DNA of 64,000 bases from a virus, in IMG/VR virus record IMGVR_UViG_3300020048_000014, positions 64,001 through 128,000 of that record. The stretch is one strand, 5' to 3'. Each line of letters starts with the position of its first letter. Position 1 is the first letter of the stretch. The position numbers and the translations under genes were made by a program. This document shows positions 28,720 to 37,308 of this stretch, piece by piece. The notes beneath the pieces are model-generated. The model was not told the origin of the DNA, searched no databases, and worked only from the letters and a program-made list of their open reading frames with translations.

Positions 28720-29459
28720 AGTTGTCTTAGGAGAATATCACGGGTGGTCCTCTTTTGCAAGGCTCTAACGTATTCAGAGCATTCTAAAAGATCGTCGTGT
28801 GTGCCACAATCGAACCAGACTCCATCTATTTCTTGAACTGAAACATAGTCTTCATCTTTATATAATTTAATCAAGTCTACTATCTCCAATTCTCCTCTTT
28901 TGGAGGGTTTTATTCTTTTGGCTAATTTAGCAGCAGTAGAGTCAAATACATATAATCCAACCACTGCATTATCGCTTATGAAGGTATCCGGTTTTTCGAT
29001 TATTTCATCTAATTCTCCATACACATCTAAAGTCGCTACCCCATAAGCAGATGGATTCTTTACTTTATATGTGAATATAGTATTCGGTTCAGCGACAATG
29101 GGACTATTCAATAAAAACACATTATCCCCGAGTATTAGGGTCACATTATCGTTTTTGATAAATTTTTCACCTAAAATGAAAGCTTCTGCTAATCCATTTG
29201 GGGATAATTGGATCATATATTCTAGTCTGATCCCAAACTTAGAACCATCGCCAAGATATTGTAAAAATAATGTTTTTTGTAACTCTGAAGCGACAATTAT
29301 CAATATTTTAGTTATCCCCATGTCCATTAAGGTTTTTAATGGATAATAAATCATAGGTTGATTATATACCGGAAGTAATTGTTTACTAATTCCTAAAGTT
29401 AAAGGGGATAACCTACTTCCCGATCCCCCCGCTAAAATAATCGCTACTGTGTCCATCAT
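28716..29459 (-). CDS. rmlA: Glucose-1-phosphate thymidylyltransferase
   Basis: IILAGGSGSRLSPLT...SKQLLPVYNQPMIYYPL, LILGDN, SKRGELEI, WFDCGT. Confidence 0.93.
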   Translation of the reverse strand: MMDTVAIILAGGSGSRLSPLTLGISKQLLPVYNQPMIYYPLKTLMDMGITKILIIVASELQKTLFLQYLGDGSKFGIRLEYMIQLSPNGLAEAFILGEKFIKNDNVTLILGDNVFLLNSPIVAEPNTIFTYKVKNPSAYGVATLDVYGELDEIIEKPDTFISDNAVVGLYVFDSTAAKLAKRIKPSKRGELEIVDLIKLYKDEDYVSVQEIDGVWFDCGTHDDLLECSEYVRALQKRTTRDILLRQL

Positions 29460-30352
29460 GCTGTTTGTATTCCATTAATATTGTTCATAATCATCCACAT
29501 AAAATCTGTTTCATTGTGAAAATTATATAATTTAGAAGCCTTTGTATTGTCTAATACGCAATTACTTCTGGGTGCGACGATATCTAACTCTGACATTGTG
29601 ATCCAGTGAGGATCTAATTCCTGCCATGCCCCTTCATTTCCTTCATTCAACAATGATATTACATCATACGTGGTTAAAGGGGTTGGGTTTACTACATTGT
29701 AAATATCTTGCCCAACCCACGATACCTCACTATCAATCAATGCATTTACAAAACCACCTAAATCAGGTATAAACGTCTTAGAATTCACCATATCAATCAA
29801 ATTCGGATATTTCATTATCTTACTGAGATAATTTCTAGGATTTGTTATGTCATAACAAATGGGCATTCTGATTCTAATAATTTTCAAATCTTTATATTCA
29901 CTCAGAGTTTCAAATGCGTGCTTGCTTTTACTGTAGAAACTACTCTCATCGAACATCCCAAAATTTGGAATGTCTTTTTCGGTGAAATCTTTAATATAAC
30001 CCGAATATATACATCCTGAACTAATATGTATATATTTTACTCCAATTTTATTGCAAGTATCCACTATTTGAAGTGGTGTTACAACATTAAGATCCCAACA
30101 TATATTTTTTTTACTCTCCGCTTCATCGACATTGGGTCTGCCAGTGAATCCAAAACAATTCACTACTAAATTTATACTATTGTTGAGTATAAATTTAGTT
30201 AATTCATTTTGATCGGTATAATTTAGCTCATTTTTATTTCGATAAAAAACATTATTATTTTCCGATAATGTTTTGGATAATTCTGTCCCTATATACCCCT
30301 TACCTAAGATGAGGATATTATTCAGATTCTTCGATAGATTCTTTGATGTCAT
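29456..30352 (-). CDS. NDP-4-keto-6-deoxyglucose epimerase/reductase (RmlD family, NRS/ER-type)
   Basis: GKGYIG Rossmann start, GFTGRPNVD, SSGCIY, SFYSKSK (YxxxK), IRIRMPI. Confidence 0.8.
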   Translation of the reverse strand: MTSKNLSKNLNNILILGKGYIGTELSKTLSENNNVFYRNKNELNYTDQNELTKFILNNSINLVVNCFGFTGRPNVDEAESKKNICWDLNVVTPLQIVDTCNKIGVKYIHISSGCIYSGYIKDFTEKDIPNFGMFDESSFYSKSKHAFETLSEYKDLKIIRIRMPICYDITNPRNYLSKIMKYPNLIDMVNSKTFIPDLGGFVNALIDSEVSWVGQDIYNVVNPTPLTTYDVISLLNEGNEGAWQELDPHWITMSELDIVAPRSNCVLDNTKASKLYNFHNETDFMWMIMNNINGIQTA

Positions 30353-30527
30353 TCAAATTAACTGTATCATTAGAATTGATGAAGTCAAATACTATTTCTG
30401 AGAATGTGTCTCCCATGGAACTTAGGGCAGCATCTTCGGTTGCATCCAACAGTTCTTGTATTTCATATATTGCATCCATTAACTTCTCTTCTTTATCTTT
30501 TAGTTTTTTCAGTAGTTTCTTACTCAT
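30318..30527 (-). CDS. Small acidic hypothetical protein
   Basis: 69-aa ORF at head of the sugar-gene run, TAAATA-N7-ATG. Confidence 0.6.
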   Translation of the reverse strand: MSKKLLKKLKDKEEKLMDAIYEIQELLDATEDAALSSMGDTFSEIVFDFINSNDTVNLNDIKESIEESE

Positions 30528-30602
30528 TTGATCCTATTTAGTTTAAATGTGTGAATGTCAACAAAAAATATGATAATGATCCATATTATACTAAATAATC
30601 AT

Positions 30603-32375
30603 ATGAGCAATAAAAAAATCTCCGAATTGACTTCTGCATCTCAACCTTTATCCGGTAAAGAAACTGTTGTTATGAATCAGAATGGTATTACGGTTACTGC
30701 GGTGTTGAGTGCTATTAAAGTTTATACCACAGATTCTAATACTGCATTTACAAATATTAATAACAATTTTTCAGTAGGCCAAACAATATCGGGAGAGTTG
30801 TCTGCTACCGCTATTAATTTAACTGGAAGTGCTCTAAAACTGCGTAGAACTTCAACCAGTAACTCATCAATAGGATTAACAAATGTATCATTGAGCGGTG
30901 GTAATGTCAATTTATTTCTTGTAGGTAATAATGCTGGTCTTGGTGCTAATGCTAATAATTCTAATTTCTTAGGTCAGGCCGCTGGTCTTGGTGCTACTAA
31001 TGCTGGTAATTCTAATTTCTTAGGAGCGAATGCTGGTAATGGTTCTACTGGTGCTGGTAATTCTAATTTCTTAGGAGCGAATGCTGGTAATGGTGCTACT
31101 AATGCTAATAGTTCTAATTTCTTAGGTAATGCTGCTGGTTTTGGTGCTACTGATGCTAGTTTTTCTAATTTCTTAGGTGTCAATGCTGGTCTTGGTGCTC
31201 TTTCTGCTTGTCATTCTAATTTCTTAGGTGAGAATGCTGGTAATGGTGCTACTGATGCTAATAGTTCTAATTTCTTAGGTAATACTGCTGGTTTTGGTGC
31301 TACTAATGCTCACCATTCTAATTTCTTAGGTTACGGTGCTGGTGGTTATGACGCCGCCGAAGGGGGATTCGCTACTAATGCTTATTATTCTAATTTCTTA
31401 GGTTGTAATGCTGGTAATAGTGCTACTAATGCTAGTTATTCTAATTTCTTAGGTGTTAATGCTGGTAGTGGTGCTCTTAGTGCTAATAATTCTAATTTCT
31501 TAGGTTTTAATGCTGGTAGTGGTGCTACTAATGCTAATAATTCTAATTTCTTAGGTAATGGTGCTGGTATTGGTGCTACTAATGCTTGTTATTCTAATTT
31601 CTTTGGTGTTAATGCTGGTGGTTATAGTAATGCTACTTTTACCGGTGCTACTAATGCTCGTTATTCTAATTTCTTAGGTTATAATGCTGGTGTTGGTGCT
31701 ACTAATGCTTGTAATTCTAATTTCTTAGGTTACAGTGCTGGTCGGACTGCTCTTTCTGCTTGTCATTCTAATTTCTTAGGTTATGGTGCTGGTGTTGGTG
31801 CTACTTATGCTAGTTTTTCTAATTTCTTAGGTCGTGATGCTGGTAATGGTGCTACTTATGCTTGTTTTTCTAATTTCTTAGGTTTTAATGCTGGTGGTTA
31901 TAATTCCAGTGGGGGTGGGGTATTCACTACTGATGCTCATAATTCTAATTTCTTAGGACAGAATGCTGGTAGTGGTGCTTTTTGTGCTCATAATTCTAAT
32001 TTCTTAGGTAATGGTGCTGGTAATGGTGCTACTAATGCTTGTTTTTCTAATTTCTTAGGTAGTGATGCTGGTTCTGGTGCTACTAATGTCAATAGTTCTA
32101 CTTTTATAGGTAAAGAGTCTGGTAGATTTATAAAAACCGGAAGCAATAACATTATGGTGGGATTAAGTGCAGGAACTTCAAGTCCTAATTTATCTGTAAT
32201 ATCTAATTCAATTGCTATTGGAACCGGAGCTACTGTGACAGGTAGCAATCAACTCTCATTAGGATCGACAACAAATCCACTTTCGGTTATTCCCGGAGCT
32301 ACCTTCTCTGGATCTCTATCCGGGTTGAAGATTAGAATAAATAATCAATTCTTTACTATCCCTCTTTTAGCATAA
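30603..32375 (+). CDS. Tail fibre/adhesin-like protein with 21 x 17-aa SNFLG repeats
   Basis: N-terminal KKISELT; repeat SNFLGxxAGxGATNAxx; YadA-head-like SNSIAIGTGATVTGSNQLSLG near the C-terminus. Start moved to 30603 (TAAATA-N5-ATG). Confidence 0.7.
   Translation: MSNKKISELTSASQPLSGKETVVMNQNGITVTAVLSAIKVYTTDSNTAFTNINNNFSVGQTISGELSATAINLTGSALKLRRTSTSNSSIGLTNVSLSGGNVNLFLVGNNAGLGANANNSNFLGQAAGLGATNAGNSNFLGANAGNGSTGAGNSNFLGANAGNGATNANSSNFLGNAAGFGATDASFSNFLGVNAGLGALSACHSNFLGENAGNGATDANSSNFLGNTAGFGATNAHHSNFLGYGAGGYDAAEGGFATNAYYSNFLGCNAGNSATNASYSNFLGVNAGSGALSANNSNFLGFNAGSGATNANNSNFLGNGAGIGATNACYSNFFGVNAGGYSNATFTGATNARYSNFLGYNAGVGATNACNSNFLGYSAGRTALSACHSNFLGYGAGVGATYASFSNFLGRDAGNGATYACFSNFLGFNAGGYNSSGGGVFTTDAHNSNFLGQNAGSGAFCAHNSNFLGNGAGNGATNACFSNFLGSDAGSGATNVNSSTFIGKESGRFIKTGSNNIMVGLSAGTSSPNLSVISNSIAIGTGATVTGSNQLSLGSTTNPLSVIPGATFSGSLSGLKIRINNQFFTIPLLA
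30960..32096 (+). repeat. 51-bp coding tandem repeat array, 21 copies
   Basis: Core TCTAATTTC and GCTGGT present in all 21 copies; repeats 8, 13 and 18 carry short insertions. Confidence 0.95.
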
Positions 32376-32388
32376 TACCGTCTATGTT

Positions 32389-33168
32389 TTAAAAATTGTA
32401 ATGAAATTCAGAAAATTTTGAATGTAGAGAGCCTAATATCTCTCTACTATCATCTGCTTGTGGTTTAATAATCGGCCTGATGGTGTGTAGATCAGAAAAT
32501 CCATGTTCTGTATCCCTTTCGTGGGTATATTGTTGGACATCATTAAAATTATGATCGAAATATGGCTTATCTAAAAATTTATAGACTTCTAGCATAGAAT
32601 TTTTAGGATTCGTGGTCAAAGAATCATAATCTATTAGATGAAATCTATCACTATATCCTCGTAAAAACGCATCTTGGATCGAGTTAAATGCTGATCCGAC
32701 TACACCATTGGACCAAGCATTGACTCTGCCTGATAATATAGACATTTCTGGCACTCTTATCATCGGAGAGTTTATATCTTTCAATTCTTTTCTATATAAT
32801 TTTTCAAAAGATGCTAAAATACATGTTAATTTTCTTGTAGTCGTCAGAATTTTTACGGGTCTATCTAATGATAATTCCAATAACTCTAATAAATGCGCCC
32901 ATCCTCTTGATTTATTAAATACTATCGGTCTATCAGTATCTGAATGGTATGAGTATACCATATCACGAATGATCTGAAGTTGTTTTTCGACTGGTTCTGA
33001 TGCTTTAATAGATGGATGCTTCTGCCAAAGATCATGAATATTTGATACGATATCAGATAAACCACTTGTTGGTGTTACGTGAAAATCAGGATTTTGAGCA
33101 AGAATATTGCAGAGTAACGTAGATCCAGATCTCGGCATTCCATTTATAAATAATATCTCTTTTTCCAT
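32389..33168 (-). CDS. Sulfotransferase
   Basis: 5'-PSB loop INGMPRSGSTLL, FNKSRGW, IDYDSLTTNP. Likely start MEKEIL at 33168. Confidence 0.85.
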   Translation of the reverse strand: MEKEILFINGMPRSGSTLLCNILAQNPDFHVTPTSGLSDIVSNIHDLWQKHPSIKASEPVEKQLQIIRDMVYSYHSDTDRPIVFNKSRGWAHLLELLELSLDRPVKILTTTRKLTCILASFEKLYRKELKDINSPMIRVPEMSILSGRVNAWSNGVVGSAFNSIQDAFLRGYSDRFHLIDYDSLTTNPKNSMLEVYKFLDKPYFDHNFNDVQQYTHERDTEHGFSDLHTIRPIIKPQADDSREILGSLHSKFSEFHYNF

Positions 33169-33217
33169 ATTACAATAATTTAGTTGTATATTTTCAATAG
33201 TCAATTAAATATTTTCC

Positions 33218-34105
33218 ATGACATCAATTTTTCATATAACAGGTGGATTAGGCAAACATATTTTAGCTAGTAATATTATCAATTCATTTAAAGATAACTT
33301 TCCCGAAAAGGAAATTGTCGTGTCTAGCGCATATCCAAGTGTATTCGAGAGAAATCCAAATGTATCAGAGAGTCTAAATATCGCTAAACATCAATATTTC
33401 TACAAGAATTATATTTTTAACAAAGATGTCGAGATTTTTGCACAAGAGCCATATAAACAAACATCACATATAATCAAAAATAAACATTTAGTGAATACAT
33501 GGTGCGATATGATTGGGATAGAGCTTACTCAAACAGCTTCTATACATTTAAATTTTAGAGAGCTTGAGTTTACTCGAAATAAATTAAGCCAATATGGTGA
33601 TAAACCAATTTTAGTTTTTCAACCTTTTGGTGGAATGCCTAATGATAATCAAAAGTATAGTTGGGCTAGAGATATCCACCCAGAATTAGCTCAAAAAATT
33701 GTAGATAAATTGCAAACCGAATATACAATTTTACATATTTGTAATCCAAGTCACCCACAATTACAAAATTGCATCAGAGTTGACGATAGATTGAATCCAA
33801 ATATGTTATTTGCAATTTTGAGTTTATCTACTAAAAGAATTTTAATTGATTCTTGTTTGCAACATGCTGCGTATGCGCTCAACCTGCCTTCTTTGGTTAT
33901 TTGGAATGTTACGTCACCGAATCAATTCGGTTATGGGTTACATGAGAACATTGTATCTCACAATGAACAGTTGAGTGGTGGTATAAATTCATATTTATTC
34001 AATTATGAGATAGGTGGCATTATTGAAGAATGTCCGTATCAGTCATATGATGATATGTTTGATGTGGATACTATCATGAAACATATAGATAATAACTTCT
34101 TATAA
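33218..34105 (+). CDS. Glycosyltransferase, GT-B fold (GT9/heptosyltransferase-like)
   Basis: HITGGLG, VFERNPNV, LVFQPFGG, IDSCLQHAAYAL. Confidence 0.7.
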   Translation: MTSIFHITGGLGKHILASNIINSFKDNFPEKEIVVSSAYPSVFERNPNVSESLNIAKHQYFYKNYIFNKDVEIFAQEPYKQTSHIIKNKHLVNTWCDMIGIELTQTASIHLNFRELEFTRNKLSQYGDKPILVFQPFGGMPNDNQKYSWARDIHPELAQKIVDKLQTEYTILHICNPSHPQLQNCIRVDDRLNPNMLFAILSLSTKRILIDSCLQHAAYALNLPSLVIWNVTSPNQFGYGLHENIVSHNEQLSGGINSYLFNYEIGGIIEECPYQSYDDMFDVDTIMKHIDNNFL

Positions 34106-34130
34106 TAGTCAGATATATTAAATAATTCTA

Positions 34131-36806
34131 ATGGCATTATCATTTCAATTAGGATATCCTCTAGTTCCTAGATCTATAACCAATCCTAATGTGATTAGGA
34201 ATGATGCTATTGATGTCGGTGGTCCAATGTCATATTTGACATTTATAAAACTTATAAATGTTTCGTTCGAACCAGATTCTTTACAAGACTATTATAATAC
34301 TTATTTAAATTCTTGGAATATCAAAAACAATTCTCAAGATAATGATAATTCAGATATAATAACTGAGAGATATAGAGACTTTTTAAGAGAAATATCTATA
34401 AAATACACCACACTAGAAGAAAAGGACTTTTTATCTAAAATAAATTTTGATGATCCATATGATCTAGATGTGGTTATGAGTTTTTATGGTGATAAAATCA
34501 AAGAACTTATATCGTATTATAATTCCAAGAGAGATAACATAAAGTTTAGTATTGTCAGGAATAAATTAATCGGCACCAACTTTGGAACCGAGAAAACTCT
34601 GACTGAATTGACATTATCATACTTGAAAAGTATTGATGACGGTAAAATGTTGTTTAATTACGACAATATTGCTCAAAATTTGACTATAAACATAGACGAA
34701 TTGTATGACAATAATTTAAATTATTATAATCAAACCCCTGACATCTACAAATACGATAATAAAGATTTAGATTATGGATTTGATATTTTTTTAAAAAATG
34801 ATCAGGAATTAATCACTGAAATATTTGGAAATATTTCCAATAATCTCCAAGATATAAAGGAAGTCGATCAATTATTCGACAATAAAAGAAAATTAACTGA
34901 GAAATATATCTCAACAGATTTTTATTATTTATCTACTGGCAACACGTTGTCGGATATGGTATCTGGAAAGTTATTTGATAGTGATAATACTATACTTAAT
35001 TTTTTAAATAGAGACTATCCTACCACTGCATCAACAATTAATTCCGATTATTTAATCGATGAAAGAAAACAGGGGTTTTTCAAGCCATCTAAAACATCAA
35101 TAATCTTATTAGACGGGGATAATAAATCATTCTCATTTAATTTACAAAATATTGAACCAAATTCATTATATTATTTTTCAGATCCATCTATTGGTGGTGG
35201 CAATGATAATATATTATCGTTTATAGTCGATACATCATATTTAAAACGAAATTTTTCGTCAGGAATTGCGACTAATCAACCGAAATCGAAGTCGAATGAT
35301 ACAAAATATTACGGATATGTGTCAAACATCGACCCAAATAAGATCAAATATTTTGATACCGTATTCGATTCTGGTTTTATTGAAGATAGTAAATATGATA
35401 TATTCGGAAATCAATTTGGATTATTTAAAAACGATTCCAGATTTAGAAAAAATATAGAATTTATATCAACAACTGATATAAATTCTATGATTATAGACGG
35501 ATATTTTATATATGACGAAATATTTGGAGAGGGTTATAATTTTAATTATACTACCACTAATTCACAAGATGAATATCCACATAGAACTGGTCTATACACT
35601 AAAACATCACCACTATCTAGTGATGATGTAGACGTAGTTATATCTTTCGGCAAATTATTTCAATATGCTGAGCCATATTACGAGTCCCAATTTATCTCAA
35701 ATGAGATAATTGATGTGATTGAAGGAGGATTCGTATCAACATATGATTTAGTGCCTTATCCAGACTCGTCATCATCCGATTTATCATCATATGAATTTGA
35801 TAACGGTGATTTTTATTATGAAGATTTGATTGAGTGTGGACTTCACACCGCAGATCCTCTACAAAGACCACTTTTATCCCCGGTCCTATCGGCTAACTTG
35901 ACCCAATACATTAGAGGATCGGCTTTAAATGTTTTAGACGGTGGAGTTTTCAACGATTCTAGTGATTTTTCATATAGCGTGATCAAAAATGAGTATGCAT
36001 ATAATGATGAAGTATATAATACTACTGAGTTGATGTCATCCACATTTATAGATAATATTATTTCTGAAAATGGGACAATTTTTGTAAAAAACACTCAAAC
36101 TAAACAATGTTTACCGATCTTATTATCTATACCGCACTTACAATATAAGTATAATAATTCTATCGTAAGCGAATTAAGCAGTAGTATACTAAAATTTGAT
36201 ATAAGTAGTAATATACTTTTCATAGAAACATCTTCTTATTTAATTATCGATAAATTAGAGTATAATGGCGTCTTCTTGGATTCCAATATTTCGCCAATAT
36301 CTATAGAATACAATCAAGATAATTTCGATAAACTATCAAATAGATTTAAAGTCGATAATTTCGTATATTTTTGTAAAATGAATACGCTATCTAGTGAAAT
36401 GTATTCAAATAACTTCACATTGTATCCAGAAATATATAGATTGGATATAATCAATTGCATATTAAATAAAATATTTCCATTGTCTGAAACAGACATAACT
36501 CAATCTTCACAATTCTTCAGTGTTTCTGGAGACAATACCCGCTATATATCATTAGATTCCCCTGTTATTACATATAGCAGTAAAAACGATATTTATAATA
36601 TATCATTTTTACTAAAAGATCAAAATAATATGCCCATTATACACGAATATGATTTTTATTTAAATCCTAATGCAAACTTTTTAAACCATAATATAGTAAA
36701 ATTTAATAATTATCAATTATCCAATATATTCGATAATTTATCCACAGTGTCACTATATCTATCATCATCTATCCCTATGACTATACAAGAAGAACTAATA
36801 TTATGA
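34131..36806 (+). CDS. Large hypothetical, probable virion structural protein
   Basis: 891-aa N/D/I/Y-rich ORF, TAAATA-N6-ATG, fibre cluster context. Confidence 0.65.
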   Translation: MALSFQLGYPLVPRSITNPNVIRNDAIDVGGPMSYLTFIKLINVSFEPDSLQDYYNTYLNSWNIKNNSQDNDNSDIITERYRDFLREISIKYTTLEEKDFLSKINFDDPYDLDVVMSFYGDKIKELISYYNSKRDNIKFSIVRNKLIGTNFGTEKTLTELTLSYLKSIDDGKMLFNYDNIAQNLTINIDELYDNNLNYYNQTPDIYKYDNKDLDYGFDIFLKNDQELITEIFGNISNNLQDIKEVDQLFDNKRKLTEKYISTDFYYLSTGNTLSDMVSGKLFDSDNTILNFLNRDYPTTASTINSDYLIDERKQGFFKPSKTSIILLDGDNKSFSFNLQNIEPNSLYYFSDPSIGGGNDNILSFIVDTSYLKRNFSSGIATNQPKSKSNDTKYYGYVSNIDPNKIKYFDTVFDSGFIEDSKYDIFGNQFGLFKNDSRFRKNIEFISTTDINSMIIDGYFIYDEIFGEGYNFNYTTTNSQDEYPHRTGLYTKTSPLSSDDVDVVISFGKLFQYAEPYYESQFISNEIIDVIEGGFVSTYDLVPYPDSSSSDLSSYEFDNGDFYYEDLIECGLHTADPLQRPLLSPVLSANLTQYIRGSALNVLDGGVFNDSSDFSYSVIKNEYAYNDEVYNTTELMSSTFIDNIISENGTIFVKNTQTKQCLPILLSIPHLQYKYNNSIVSELSSSILKFDISSNILFIETSSYLIIDKLEYNGVFLDSNISPISIEYNQDNFDKLSNRFKVDNFVYFCKMNTLSSEMYSNNFTLYPEIYRLDIINCILNKIFPLSETDITQSSQFFSVSGDNTRYISLDSPVITYSSKNDIYNISFLLKDQNNMPIIHEYDFYLNPNANFLNHNIVKFNNYQLSNIFDNLSTVSLYLSSSIPMTIQEELIL

Positions 36807-37300
36807 CTACTTACAATTTAAATTTATCATCTGATTCCACTAGCAACGTAAAAATGTTGCAATTGATAAATTTTGACGATATTACCGAGTTTTCGATAAG
36901 TTTCAATAATATAGACGAAAGTTTTATTCCAATATCAATTCAAATTGATTGGGGTGATGGTAATATAGATTTTTATGATAATAATGTTAACATACAAGAT
37001 CTGACAATAGTCAATAATTTCAATATTAGTCCAATTTTTCTCAATACGTATACTCACAAATATTACCCATCGATCAATTCATTATATAAAACTCTATCTG
37101 GTCAAATTTTGATAAATTACTCCAATTTTGATCAATCTTGGTTTATTTTTCCCATAAAAATACGAACATATGATTATTTTGAATCAGTATATGATTTAAA
37201 ATTGGTCAATACTAATATATTACCATATAATAATAATCCAAAACAGCATCAATTGATAACAGATATTGGAAAATTTTTAGTAGAAGTTCGTAATGATTAA
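36803..37300 (+). CDS. Hypothetical protein with PKD-like motif
   Basis: IQIDWGDG...YTHKY; ATGA overlap with upstream ORF. Confidence 0.6.
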   Translation: MTTYNLNLSSDSTSNVKMLQLINFDDITEFSISFNNIDESFIPISIQIDWGDGNIDFYDNNVNIQDLTIVNNFNISPIFLNTYTHKYYPSINSLYKTLSGQILINYSNFDQSWFIFPIKIRTYDYFESVYDLKLVNTNILPYNNNPKQHQLITDIGKFLVEVRND

Positions 37301-37308
37301 ATATTTTA

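Noticed and set aside
30960-32096. CRISPR-like look of the regularly spaced TTCTAATTTCTTAGG repeat
   Set aside because: In-frame coding repeat with 51-bp period; the spacers are homologous to each other; no cas genes.
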